Source: an uncultured Candidatus Binatia bacterium (GTDB lineage: Bacteria > Desulfobacterota > Binatia > UBA9968 > JAJDTQ01). Taken from it: a DNA stretch of 64,000 nt. Positions within the stretch are counted from its first letter, which is position 1, and the number at the start of each line of letters is the position of its first letter. This document shows positions 47,316-57,172 of this stretch, in pieces. Under the pieces are notes generated by a model. That model searched no databases. It had not been told where the DNA came from and was given only the letters and a program-made list of their open reading frames with translations. The stretch spans positions 4,085,063-4,149,062 of the forward strand of contig OZ251459.1 of the NCBI GenBank assembly GCA_965242525.1, in the 5' to 3' direction. Made by a program: the position numbers and the translations under genes.

Positions 47316-48113
47316 CTAAAAGGCAAGATTCGCGTCGACGTCTATTCCTGCGCCTTTCAATTCCCTGACGAGCTTCGTCTGCCAGTCCTCGTTGTCCAGA
47401 GAAATATAGATGACTCCAGCATAGTCCGACGGAATCTCCACGTCTCCTTTTACCAAGGCGCAGACTTTCTTTCGGCCGAGGCGTCCGATGAAGTACCCGA
47501 ACTCAAAAACGACGTTCTGTCTGGCACGAGATTTCAGATTCTCCGTGTCTTCCTGAAATGCACCTATATCGTCTGGCGTCAGGAGAGCAACCGCAAAACC
47601 GACTTGAGCGTGTTTTTCGAACTTCTCAATGATTGTGAGACCTTGATTTGGCTGCTCGTGTAGGATGCTGGTTTCGAGTTTCAATTGTTCAAGGAATCTG
47701 GCAACCGTTTGTTTGGCTTCATTATCTCTTCCGTGAATGATAAAGATTTCCCTTGTATTTGTCGATCCATTATTTAGGGCGATAGAATCTATTGGTTCTT
47801 GGCCTTCGTCTTCCCAGTACTCCTGTATTTCCTCGATCATTGATTCAAGCAACACAGTCGCTGACTCCAATCCTGTATGATAAGATCTTGGATCTACGGC
47901 TTCAGAAACAGCAAACGCTGACCAGTAGCGAATTGTTGTGAACTCTTCGACCTTTTGGGGTTCATCGACGAATACCTTTTCTATCGTAACTCTGGTATCT
48001 CGCCACCATTTCTCAAAATCTTGCGACTCATGTGTCTTCTGTTTTAATTCAGGTATCCTTTCCAGGGCTTTCCGGAGACGCTCAATAGCTTTCGCTTTGC
48101 TTGGCCTTGCCAT
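47316..48113 (-). CDS. TIR-like (CAP12/PycTIR-type) domain protein
   Basis: 'IFIIHGRD...ARFLEQL...[17 protein letters not shown]...[10 protein letters not shown]...[13 protein letters not shown]...EIPSDYAGV'; strongly AT-rich; start overlaps the mod stop. Confidence 0.9.
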   Translation of the reverse strand: MARPSKAKAIERLRKALERIPELKQKTHESQDFEKWWRDTRVTIEKVFVDEPQKVEEFTTIRYWSAFAVSEAVDPRSYHTGLESATVLLESMIEEIQEYWEDEGQEPIDSIALNNGSTNTREIFIIHGRDNEAKQTVARFLEQLKLETSILHEQPNQGLTIIEKFEKHAQVGFAVALLTPDDIGAFQEDTENLKSRARQNVVFEFGYFIGRLGRKKVCALVKGDVEIPSDYAGVIYISLDNEDWQTKLVRELKGAGIDVDANLAF

Positions 48114-50839
48114 CACTCCACCTCCACGATCTTCAGGCTCTCGATGCCGCGGTCGTCCACGATCTTGACTGCGGCGCGGCCGTGGTGGCCCGGCTCGAAG
48201 GGCAGGGAGACGGCGCCGCGGTAGGCTTCGATCAGGGTCTCGTCGATCTCGGCGCGGAGGTTCCTGGCGAGCCGAGTCCAGCCGTCCTTGGGGCCGGCCA
48301 TGGGGAAGAAGACCTGGCGCGGGAACAGGCTGCGGCCGTCGTAGTCCGGGTCCAGCATCCACAGGGCGATCTTGTCCGCGCCGCCGGACTCCACCCCGCC
48401 GGTCTTGGTGTTGTAGTAGTCGAAGCCGTGCACCTGGACGCGGTACTTGCCGGCGTGTTCGCCATCGGCGATCTTCTCGATTTCGACTTCCGGTTGGCCG
48501 ATGAGCCAGAAGCTCTCGTTGCTGGCGCGCTTCTTCTTGAGGTCGTCGGTCAGCAGGTCGGCGTTCATCTGCACCTTGAGGAAGTGCATGCCGGTCTGCG
48601 CGGGCTGCAACTCGTCGATGTCCTTGGCGGCTTCCGGGTCGAACTGGAAAGCGGCGAACACCAGCAGCGCCGGTTTCGGGGCCAGCGTGCGCGCTTCCTC
48701 CCAGGCGTGTTCCACTTGGCGCTGTTCCAGCGGCGCATGGTCGGGGCCGAAGGACACCGCCACGCGCTCCGGGTTCCAGGCGGGCGCCCCTTCACCCACG
48801 TGGTCTGCGCCCGCGGAGTCGGGCCGGGTCTCGCCTTCGGCGTGCAGCCAACGCGCGCCCGGCAGCGGTTCGAGGCGCGAAAAGGAAATGTGCTGCCCGG
48901 CCTTGCCGCGAATGCCGGTCTTCAGCAGTTCGTCGCGCCAGTCGCTCTGGCGCAGCGTCTCCCCCGACCGCGCCACCGACGCATCGGCCTCCGTGCTCGC
49001 TGCGGGTCCGCTCCCGCTTCCGTTGGGAGTCAGGCCCGGGGCCGTCTCCCCCGCTGGCGCGCGGGATGATCCCTCCATGTCCGCTCCTGCTTCCGTTGGG
49101 AGAGGGCCGGAGCCCGCCCGGACTTGATCCGGGGGCGAGGGTCCCGGGTCGGCTACGTCGTCGAGCGACTGCACCATCGGCGCGGGCACGGCTTCGACGG
49201 TGAAGGGGCCGGTGACGCGGGCCTTGCCGCGGTCGATGTGCGGCTGGTCGTAAAGCGTCACTTCCTTGGGCGGTTCGCCGTAGGCCAGGCTGGCGGCGGA
49301 GACGTCGGCGACGCTACGGTATCGGAACCCGGAGCCGACGCCTTCATCGGGATGGGCCAGTTCGTAATAGTCGAAGTTCGCGGTCATCAGCCGTTGCCGC
49401 GCCACCGCGATCGCCACGCGGGACGTATCGCAGACGATCCATCGGCGGCCCCACTGCTCGGCAACCTGCGCGGTGGTGCCCGATCCGCACGTAATGTCGA
49501 GCACCAAGTCACCCGGATCGGTCGTCATCAGGATGCAACGCTGAATGGCTTTGGTGTCGGTCTGGACTACGTAGCGTTTGTCGCTTGGGCGCAACGCAGC
49601 GGTCCAGACGTTGTTCATCCGCCGGCCTGGTACTTCGTCTTCGTACTGTTTCCACCGGAGCGAGGTCTGTCCTTCCAGTACTTCCAAGCGATTCAACGCT
49701 GCAAGAGTGTCCAAACCCTCCATCGATACGCGCCACTGCTGCCCCGTTGGACATCGAAAGACGCGGCCTGACCATTCGTAAGGTTCAGATCGACCCGTGG
49801 TGGATACGCCTCTTGAAGACAACGGCATGCGTCGGTAGATGCGAGCGCCTTCGGGGAGGAACTGGTCTGGATCGAAACGCTCTTCCGTCGTCGGTTGGCG
49901 GCAGTCGCCACTCGGCTCTTCCACCATGACATCCCAATTGAAGAAGTCGATCACTTCCACACGAGACAGGTGATGGTAGAGTTGGCGGTACTTCACCGTC
50001 TTGAGATCCTTCGCATACCAAAGCAGATAGTCCGCAATTTGCGGCAACGTCTTGGTGGAACTGCTACCGGTCGTCGCGTAGGAGATGGTCGCCACCCGGT
50101 TCTCCGCGCCGAAGATCTCGTCCATCACCACGCCCACGCGGTGGACGTTTTCCTTGCCGATCTGCACGAAGCAGCTTCCGCTTTCGTGCAGCAGTTCCCG
50201 CGCCAGCAACAGGCGGTCCCGCAGGTAGGTCAGGTAGGAGTGGATGCCGAGTTCCCAGGTGTCCCGGAAGGCGCGCAGGGTCTCCGGTTCCTGCGTCAGG
50301 TCTTCGTCGCTGCCGTCGGTCACGTCCCGCTTGTTGACGAAGGGCTGGAAGTTGGAGCCGTAGCGGATGCCGTAGGGCGGGTCGATATAGACCGTCTGCA
50401 CCTGTCCGCCGAGCCCTTCCTTCTCCAACAGGCTGTTCATCACCAGCAGGCTGTCGCCGGCCACCAGCCGGTTGGTCCAGTTTTGCCGGTGCCGGTAGAA
50501 CTCGATGGCCTGGCGCAGCGGCGGGTTCTCCTCCGGGGCGGCGAACAGCGAGCCTTGGGCCGCGGCGCCGTTGCGCTTGCGCACCGCCTCCACGATGGTG
50601 CGCGGGTCGATGCGCTCGTGCACGTGCAGGGAGACGGTGGGGGTCTCGAACGACGTGTGCTCGGCCTTGCCCGCCCAGGAGAGTTGCGGGTCCACGTGGG
50701 GGTCGTGGGCGTAGGTCTTGCGGCCCGCGTCCTTGTCGGTGTCCGGCGTGACCAGGCCGACGGGCGGGTTGTTGGCGCGCTCCTTGTCCGTGTGCGCGTA
50801 GTTCTCGATGTTCCGCTTGCCTCGCTGGGCCATGGGCAT
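48113..50839 (-). CDS. mod: Type III R-M Mod subunit (N6-adenine methyltransferase)
   Basis: 'VYIDPPYG', 'DLVLDITCGSGTTA', 'GPFTVEAVP', 'AVKIVDDRGIESL'. Confidence 0.92.
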   Translation of the reverse strand: MPMAQRGKRNIENYAHTDKERANNPPVGLVTPDTDKDAGRKTYAHDPHVDPQLSWAGKAEHTSFETPTVSLHVHERIDPRTIVEAVRKRNGAAAQGSLFAAPEENPPLRQAIEFYRHRQNWTNRLVAGDSLLVMNSLLEKEGLGGQVQTVYIDPPYGIRYGSNFQPFVNKRDVTDGSDEDLTQEPETLRAFRDTWELGIHSYLTYLRDRLLLARELLHESGSCFVQIGKENVHRVGVVMDEIFGAENRVATISYATTGSSSTKTLPQIADYLLWYAKDLKTVKYRQLYHHLSRVEVIDFFNWDVMVEEPSGDCRQPTTEERFDPDQFLPEGARIYRRMPLSSRGVSTTGRSEPYEWSGRVFRCPTGQQWRVSMEGLDTLAALNRLEVLEGQTSLRWKQYEDEVPGRRMNNVWTAALRPSDKRYVVQTDTKAIQRCILMTTDPGDLVLDITCGSGTTAQVAEQWGRRWIVCDTSRVAIAVARQRLMTANFDYYELAHPDEGVGSGFRYRSVADVSAASLAYGEPPKEVTLYDQPHIDRGKARVTGPFTVEAVPAPMVQSLDDVADPGPSPPDQVRAGSGPLPTEAGADMEGSSRAPAGETAPGLTPNGSGSGPAASTEADASVARSGETLRQSDWRDELLKTGIRGKAGQHISFSRLEPLPGARWLHAEGETRPDSAGADHVGEGAPAWNPERVAVSFGPDHAPLEQRQVEHAWEEARTLAPKPALLVFAAFQFDPEAAKDIDELQPAQTGMHFLKVQMNADLLTDDLKKKRASNESFWLIGQPEVEIEKIADGEHAGKYRVQVHGFDYYNTKTGGVESGGADKIALWMLDPDYDGRSLFPRQVFFPMAGPKDGWTRLARNLRAEIDETLIEAYRGAVSLPFEPGHHGRAAVKIVDDRGIESLKIVEVE

Positions 50840-51000
50840 CCTCGGACGTTCCCTTTGCCGCGGTTCGCGGTCCTGATCCCTGAGTATAGGCGGGCGGTCC
50901 GTCGGAGGCAATCCGGCGGGGGAATCGGGGGCGGTCGGGATTGGTTGCGGGGCATGGCGTATGCTAGATTACGGGACATCACTTGCAGGAGGAGGGACCC

Positions 51001-51510
51001 ATGAAGAAGGCGTTGAAGACCACGGGGGTCGTTCTGCTTGCCCTGACGTTGACGGGAGCGCTCGTCTCCCAGGGCTGGGCCGGCGGCCATGTGAAGGCTG
51101 CCGACGTGAAGGACAAGGAGTCCCTGAAGGGCTTCGTGAAAGAGGCCATCGCGCACCTGAAGAAGAAGGGTTACGATGGCGCGGTGAAGGACTTCCGCAC
51201 CAAGGATCAATGGCGGAAGGGCTCCATCTATCTCTTCGGTGTGGCGAAGGACGGCACGTCCGTCTTCCACGTGGCCCAGCCGAAGCTGGAGGGCACGATC
51301 ATCGGGGTGGTGGACGAGGACGGCGTCCGCGTCACCGAGGAACTGGTGAAGGCGGCCCTGAAGGGAGACGGGTTCGTCAGCTACAAGTGGGACGACCCGG
51401 CCACCAAGGACACGGACAAGGCGGTGCCGAAGGTCAGCTATGCCGAGGCGTTCCAGAAGGACGGCGAGGAGATCGTCGTCGGCGCCGGCTTCTACCCCAA
51501 GGCGATGTAA
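51001..51510 (+). CDS. Secreted stand-alone Cache-domain protein
   Basis: Signal peptide; 'IYLFGV...FHVAQPKLEG...DEDG...GFVSYKW..P...KVSY...VVGAGFY'. Confidence 0.85.
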   Translation: MKKALKTTGVVLLALTLTGALVSQGWAGGHVKAADVKDKESLKGFVKEAIAHLKKKGYDGAVKDFRTKDQWRKGSIYLFGVAKDGTSVFHVAQPKLEGTIIGVVDEDGVRVTEELVKAALKGDGFVSYKWDDPATKDTDKAVPKVSYAEAFQKDGEEIVVGAGFYPKAM

Positions 51511-51581
51511 GGGACGCCGTCCGTTCGAGCGAGACGGCCTGTTCGAGCGCCGAACGGGGCATTTCACCGTTCGGAACTCCG

Positions 51582-54500
51582 TCACGCCCCATTCCTCTCC
51601 GCCTCCTTCCCGTGCGCTCCGGCGCCGGAAGGGGGCGGAGAGGACACGTCCACCACACAGACCGAGACCTTCCGTGCTTTGTCGGGAGAGAGGGTCTCGC
51701 GCAGACGCTCTTCGAGTTCCGCCGCGTCCCGCGGGCGTCGTCCCGACTCCGGCGTCTGGCAGTGCTCCCGGCCGAACCAGAACACCAGGTAGATGCCGTG
51801 TCCGCCCGCGCCCGGGTCCCGGGTGTATCGCGGAATCAACTGGTTCCTGATGGCGCTCCACAGGTCCCGGTGGCTGCTCCTCTTGATCTCCACCGGCACG
51901 TTGAAGCCGCCAAAGGAGACGCGGATGTCGGACCTCTTGTCGTCGGCATAGCGGCCTTCCGGCTGGGCGTCGATGTCCAAGGGTTCCAGCTTGTGCCGTA
52001 AGTCCGACAGCAGCGCGTCCCGGCACCCGTCTTCCGGTTTCGGCTCTTGAGGCCGGTGCCGGTTGTGTGAGTCCACGTTCCAATACTGGCGCCAGTCCGA
52101 CGTGTTGCCGTCGCGGACTTCCCTTGCGATCTCCCGCAGGTGCTCGGTGGTGAGCGCTGCCAGGTCGGCGGCGTTGGCGGGCTTGAGGTTGTCGAGCGCC
52201 TGGACCGCCTGTTCGGTGGTGCAATGGCGGAACTCGGCTTCGCGCCGCACGGCGCTCTGCCGATAGGCGGCGTTCAGGAGATGGCTTCGCCAGGGAAGCA
52301 GGTCCTCGTTGGACAAAAGCCGTTCGAGGGCCTCCGTGGCGGCCGGGGAGGGGATGGACTCCAATTGCTGGATGAATGCTTCGACTTGCCGCGACGCTGC
52401 CATGGAGGACGTCACCTGATGGACTCCTTCCGGGGGAACATACGGCTGGTGCGAGGCGCCGATCAGCCGGATCAAAAACTCCAGCACCGGCGTGTCCATG
52501 CGCTGGGTCCGTTCCTGTGAGACCAACCCATGTTCGTCAGCGACGAATTCCGCCAACCGCCGAACCTGCCGCTCCTTTCCGGTGGTGTGTATGTCCAGTT
52601 CCTCCATATACGAACCGGGCGAAACAAGCAAGCCCGCGGTCAGCCAGTAGATCCGTTGCGCCACGGTCATGCTACGATGGTCTAACTTCCTGTCCATCAA
52701 CTCCCGGAAGGGTGCCTCCTCGCAGTAGATCAACGCGGTGTTGAGCAGAGACCGCAATCCATGCAATTGCATTTCAGTACAGCAGACAGGGAACATTTCC
52801 AGGAGCGGCAGGGCTGCTAGGCGTGCGACCTCAGCGTGATCCGGGGACTGCAACTGGTAGAGGCGCCCCGGAGCCTTGCGTTTGCACAATTCCGAACGGA
52901 CGGCTCGAATCAGGACATCGGCAACCACGTCGGGACGGGAGTGCAGCAACGTGCGGCGCCAAGCCGGATTATCCGGGTGTGGGCGTAGCGTGAAGTGATG
53001 GAAGGCGAGGGCCTGACGAGCCTGTTTCTCGTCAATGGGCCAAGCGTCCGCTGGAACGTTCTGTAATATCTCTTCCAGGCCGGCGAGGAAGGGAAGCGCC
53101 AGAGGATGCCTTTGGTCCTTGGTTCCGAGCCGTATAATCTCGGCATCGTCCGGAACGTCCTTTCGTTTTATCGATCCCCGCAGCCCCTCCATGACGGCCT
53201 CGATCAGATCCATGTCATTCCCCAGCCGGTTCCGAAGACGCTCCTCGGGACTGTTGCCTGCGACACCGCCAAAGAACCCGTGATACACCTTGGCCAGATC
53301 GTCCAGGAGCTTCGGCGAACATCGGTTCTTGCGTAATGCTGCCTCGTGTTGCCTGACGCGATCTTGCCATTCCTGCTGTCTTTTCAGTGAGTTGTGCTCC
53401 CTCTCCTTTTCGCGACGGTCCGTGACCCGCTTAGAGTCGTTACGCCTATTTAGCCGTTGGTTGAACATTGATATAAGGCTAGCGTTATCGGCAATGCGTT
53501 CTTTGAGTGCTTTCCGGGAACTCTTTCGTAACACATGGGAATCCACAGCCAAGTTTATGAAATGCTCCTGAGCCTCCAGCTCCACCACCGTCTTTGCTTG
53601 GTCCAGACACCAGTATTCGAAATCGGGTGGCCACTCGGCAGCAAACAGACGATCTTCCCATCTGACGGGGAAAACAGGCGCCTTGGAGTAGCTTTCGATA
53701 CCTAGCTTGATTATCTCTTTCTGTACGTCGGTATGGGAACTCAGCCAGTCACGGATGATTTTTTGTTCTTGCATCCACAGATTGGTACAACAGGAAGATA
53801 CGGCCCCAAGCCACTCAAACAAGCGTTCTGATGAGAGGGATTCTTGCGACGTTTCGAGGAAACGAGCCAGCAAGGTAAGCGGTATTAGACCTTGACCTAG
53901 TGATGTAATCTCCTGTTCGCTTCCTACAATCACAGGCCGTAATTCATCGAATCTTGTGACCACCGCATCGAGAAGCTCAGCAATTTGAAGGGGCGTTGAC
54001 TTCTCCGGAAGTACTCTAATCCAGAAATAACAATATAGTCCGATATAGGACGAGGACTGGGGTGTCTTCAAATAACGCAGTATCTCAGGTACAGACAAGT
54101 ATGTCGGATAGAGGGCGCTCAGCAGAGAACCGAGCAAGTCGTCGTCAGGGTCCGAGACCGATCCATTGGTTATGTCCCTTAGCAGGGTAGTGAGTTCGGA
54201 GACAGTGCCGTTACGATGTTGGATGAACCCCTCAAGGGCGGCGAGTCTCAATCCCGGCTGCCAGCGGTTGTCCCTGACGACCTCCACCACCAAGTCAGCC
54301 AGTTCCGGGATGACCCATCGCTGCTCGAGTGATCGGAGCAATATCAAGACGAATGGTTGCCGTCCGTCGTCTCGTGCAGGATCGGTCAGGATTTGGCGGA
54401 AGTCGTCCGCCATGTCGGGCGTGGCAATGTCCCCCAGGCGCGGATCCCTTGGGAGGAACCCTGCAAACCAGGGATTCCGCTCGGTCTCCCGCTCCAGGCA

Positions 54501-55703
54501 GTTCCACAGATGACGTTTCTCGTCGGTGGGAAACCCGCGGGCGTCGCCGTAAAGCACAGTGCCAAGGGGGTCGCGTTCGATGATCGCCTTCCGGCTCGTC
54601 TTGCAATGCGCGACAAGCCACGCCGAAAGGCCGCGCAACTCCGACACGACCGCGCCGTCATGGCCCGTCATCAGGGCGAGGACCCGTCCGACCGGCAACC
54701 CCCTCTCGTCGATTAGTCCCGCCAGATGCCTTCCGGCCAGGAACTCCGCGACCTGCCGGTGGACCGGAGCCATGCGGCCTTCTTCGGGAGACTCGAACAG
54801 TCCGGTCCCCAGTACATGGCGGAAGGTCTTCTGATCGTCGCCGGAGATTTGTTGCAGTCCGAGGTATTCCGAATCGCCCCCGTCGCCGTACAAAGCATAT
54901 CCCAATCCGCCGCTGAGGAGTTGAACCGCGCAAAGCCGTCCTGCGGCGTCCAGCAGGTCGGGTTCGGAGATGGCCGGCCACCGATTGGCCAACTGATGTT
55001 CCGGGTTGTGTTCGCAGACGAGTCTTCCACAGGCCAGATCAAAGGTTTCCGTCCGTGTCTCCGGCCACTTCCCTCCCGCCACCGCCATCGCCAACATCAG
55101 CATGCTCTGCGGGTTCGTAAGCAGGGCGTCGATCCCCCGCTCACGAGCCATAGAGATGAAGGCAGCCGCGTCTTCGACGCCGGTGTCGCGTTGGAGCAGG
55201 ATCTCGCGGATGTTGTCGTCGGACAGGGGATCGAGACGAAGGACCTTGACCGCGCCGTCTTTCGAGACAGCCTTCAGATGGTCACGGTCGTTGGCCCCGA
55301 ACCAGTCCGCCTCGCGGCAGGACAGGCGGAACCGGGGCTGTCCGAGCCTATCGAGCTTGGCGCGAATCCCATCGAACGGCGTGCGGCCGTCCGATGACCC
55401 GGCCCGCACTTCGTCGAGGCCGTCTATGAACAGCGTCCCTTCATGCCACTCGGGCTTGTCGTCGAAGGTCGTGAAGTTGCGTGCGGTGACGTATCGACCG
55501 TCGGTTCGTTCCGCCTCACGCCGAAACGCCTCGGTCTTGCCGGCCCCGGGGCCGCCGAGCAGCACGTAGGCATGGCTCTCCCGGAAATCTTCCAGTGGCT
55601 GGGAAGGGTGTTCGGAAGGCCGTTCGCGATCGTGCGGAGACCTGTTTCCAGGGATTTCGGTGCAGGTACGCGGCGCGAAGTAAGTCATGGTCTGTTGGTT
55701 CAT
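51582..55703 (-). CDS. Large STAND/NACHT-like NTPase with C-terminal PD-(D/E)XK-like nuclease
   Basis: Walker A 'LLGGPGAGKT', Walker B 'LFIDGLDE', 'LSCR', 'NPQSM', 'HRQVAEFLA'; C-terminal 'EDGCRD...QPEGRYADDKRSDIRV...VPVEIK'. Confidence 0.85.
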   Translation of the reverse strand: MNQQTMTYFAPRTCTEIPGNRSPHDRERPSEHPSQPLEDFRESHAYVLLGGPGAGKTEAFRREAERTDGRYVTARNFTTFDDKPEWHEGTLFIDGLDEVRAGSSDGRTPFDGIRAKLDRLGQPRFRLSCREADWFGANDRDHLKAVSKDGAVKVLRLDPLSDDNIREILLQRDTGVEDAAAFISMARERGIDALLTNPQSMLMLAMAVAGGKWPETRTETFDLACGRLVCEHNPEHQLANRWPAISEPDLLDAAGRLCAVQLLSGGLGYALYGDGGDSEYLGLQQISGDDQKTFRHVLGTGLFESPEEGRMAPVHRQVAEFLAGRHLAGLIDERGLPVGRVLALMTGHDGAVVSELRGLSAWLVAHCKTSRKAIIERDPLGTVLYGDARGFPTDEKRHLWNCLERETERNPWFAGFLPRDPRLGDIATPDMADDFRQILTDPARDDGRQPFVLILLRSLEQRWVIPELADLVVEVVRDNRWQPGLRLAALEGFIQHRNGTVSELTTLLRDITNGSVSDPDDDLLGSLLSALYPTYLSVPEILRYLKTPQSSSYIGLYCYFWIRVLPEKSTPLQIAELLDAVVTRFDELRPVIVGSEQEITSLGQGLIPLTLLARFLETSQESLSSERLFEWLGAVSSCCTNLWMQEQKIIRDWLSSHTDVQKEIIKLGIESYSKAPVFPVRWEDRLFAAEWPPDFEYWCLDQAKTVVELEAQEHFINLAVDSHVLRKSSRKALKERIADNASLISMFNQRLNRRNDSKRVTDRREKEREHNSLKRQQEWQDRVRQHEAALRKNRCSPKLLDDLAKVYHGFFGGVAGNSPEERLRNRLGNDMDLIEAVMEGLRGSIKRKDVPDDAEIIRLGTKDQRHPLALPFLAGLEEILQNVPADAWPIDEKQARQALAFHHFTLRPHPDNPAWRRTLLHSRPDVVADVLIRAVRSELCKRKAPGRLYQLQSPDHAEVARLAALPLLEMFPVCCTEMQLHGLRSLLNTALIYCEEAPFRELMDRKLDHRSMTVAQRIYWLTAGLLVSPGSYMEELDIHTTGKERQVRRLAEFVADEHGLVSQERTQRMDTPVLEFLIRLIGASHQPYVPPEGVHQVTSSMAASRQVEAFIQQLESIPSPAATEALERLLSNEDLLPWRSHLLNAAYRQSAVRREAEFRHCTTEQAVQALDNLKPANAADLAALTTEHLREIAREVRDGNTSDWRQYWNVDSHNRHRPQEPKPEDGCRDALLSDLRHKLEPLDIDAQPEGRYADDKRSDIRVSFGGFNVPVEIKRSSHRDLWSAIRNQLIPRYTRDPGAGGHGIYLVFWFGREHCQTPESGRRPRDAAELEERLRETLSPDKARKVSVCVVDVSSPPPSGAGAHGKEAERNGA

Positions 55704-56986
55704 GTTCCGTCGGTCCATTCCCGGGCCGGGGTCGAAAGGAACTCCCCGATGGGCATACCGCCCTCGCCGACGAGTACGGGCGGGGCCGTCATGCGGGGGA
55801 AGAACCGCCTTGCGAACTCGTCCAGTCCGCTCGCGCTCGACCGGCGTGCGCCGCTCTTGACCTCGAAGGCGGCGAGCCTGGGGCCGCGTTCCAGCACGAA
55901 ATCCACCTCGCGGGCCTTGTCTCGCCAGTAGTGGAGGCGGGCCTCGGGCGGCGCCGTATTGAACAGGTGCGCTCCCACCGTGCTTTCGACCAAGCGTCCC
56001 CAGAAGGTCCGGTTCGCCTTGGCCTCCTCGAAGGTGCCTCCCGAACGGGCCGCCATGAGCGCGGTGTTGAGGACGTTGAGCTTGGGGCTGGAGGCCCTGC
56101 GGCGGTACGCCCCGCCGGCGTAGTTCGAGAGGCCCGTCATCAGACCGGCTTTCGACAACAGGTCCAGGTAGCGCGCCAGGGTCGTGGTGTTGCCCGCGTC
56201 CTGAAGCTGGCCGAGCATCTTGTTGTATGAGAGGACCTGCCCGGAGTACTCGGCCCCCAACTCGAACAGCCGCTTCAGCAGGGCCGGTTTGTCCACCCGC
56301 TGCAACGCGAGGATGTCGCGCTCGATGTTCGGCTCGATCAACGCCTGGGTCACGTAGGCGCGCCAGCGGTCCTGGTCGCGGACGAGCGGCGCCCCGCCCG
56401 GGTAGCCCCCGAAATAGACGTAGCTGTCAAGGTCGAAGTCGAAGGCCGCGGACATCTCCTCGAACGACCAATGGGTGAGGCGAAGGGTCTCGAACCGTCC
56501 GGCCAGGCTCTCGCTCATGCCCCTCTGCATGAACAGCGGCGCCGATACCGGGAGGACCACGTGCAGGCGGCAGCCATGGCGCCGGTCCGCGTCCCACAAC
56601 CCCTTGACCGCCTCCGACCAGTTCGGGACTTTCTGGATCTCGTCCAACACCAGCACGGAACCCCGTTCCGAACGGTCGGCGTCGATGCGGGCGCGTTCCC
56701 ACTGGCGCGCCAGCCAGTTCGCGTCTCTTTCACGGCCGATGGGGACGGTGAGCGGGTCGCTTGACGCGATGGCGTCGTCGTCGATACCGGGAACGGGAGG
56801 GGTCGTCGCCGGTTCGGGTTCGTCCACCGGCACATAGCGGCAAGGCCGGTCGAGCCGGTCCATCGCCTGCCGGACGAGGGTCGTCTTGCCCGTCTGGCGC
56901 GGCCCGGTGATTACGATGAGCCGTTCGGGCGGCTCGTCCAGACGCTGGAGGAGCGTCGATAGCTGTGCGCGCTCATAGGCAGCCAT
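55700..56986 (-). CDS. AAA_14 ATPase + DUF4143 protein
   Basis: 'ITGPRQTGKTT', 'LDEIQ', 'ESLAGR', 'FGGYP', 'YWR...EVDFV...FEVKS'. Confidence 0.9.
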   Translation of the reverse strand: MAAYERAQLSTLLQRLDEPPERLIVITGPRQTGKTTLVRQAMDRLDRPCRYVPVDEPEPATTPPVPGIDDDAIASSDPLTVPIGRERDANWLARQWERARIDADRSERGSVLVLDEIQKVPNWSEAVKGLWDADRRHGCRLHVVLPVSAPLFMQRGMSESLAGRFETLRLTHWSFEEMSAAFDFDLDSYVYFGGYPGGAPLVRDQDRWRAYVTQALIEPNIERDILALQRVDKPALLKRLFELGAEYSGQVLSYNKMLGQLQDAGNTTTLARYLDLLSKAGLMTGLSNYAGGAYRRRASSPKLNVLNTALMAARSGGTFEEAKANRTFWGRLVESTVGAHLFNTAPPEARLHYWRDKAREVDFVLERGPRLAAFEVKSGARRSSASGLDEFARRFFPRMTAPPVLVGEGGMPIGEFLSTPAREWTDGT

Positions 56987-56992
56987 GGTACA

Positions 56993-57079
56993 AGGTTACG
57001 CTATTGAGTAATTTTACTCAAGACCGTATCCGGAAGCCGTGGAAGCGTGGGTTACGCTCCTGAGTAAAATTACTCAAGA
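56993..57079 (-). promoter_or_regulatory. Duplicated 30-bp promoter/operator unit for the AAA_14-STAND operon
   Basis: GGTTACGCTatTGAGTAAttTTACTCAAGA (56994-57023) and GGTTACGCTccTGAGTAAaaTTACTCAAGA (57050-57079), each with a TGAGTAA-N2-TTACTCA palindrome; the minus strand reads TTGAGT-17-TAACCT-6-ATG. Confidence 0.75.
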
Positions 57080-57132
57080 GCGTTTCCGAAGAGTGGTCAG
57101 GTTGCCGTATTGCGCTGCTGGTCCATGAAAGA

Positions 57133-57172
57133 GCGTCCTTCGACTTCGCTTCGCTACGCTCAGGACGAACGG
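57133..57172 (-). repeat. Palindromic repeat family A, copy 9 (inverted)
   Basis: Reverse complement of the consensus. Confidence 0.9.

Noticed and set aside
47316-48113. CBASS or Pycsar system
   Set aside because: No CD-NTase or PycC cyclase and no recognisable STING or cNMP-binding domain; the adjacent nucleotidyltransferases are MntA-type antitoxins.
48113-50839. Phase-variable mod (phasevarion)
   Set aside because: No simple-sequence repeat tract seen in the 5' coding region or promoter.
56994-57079. Mini-CRISPR (30-bp repeats, 26-bp spacer)
   Set aside because: Only two imperfect copies, better explained as duplicated promoter/operator units at a gene start.
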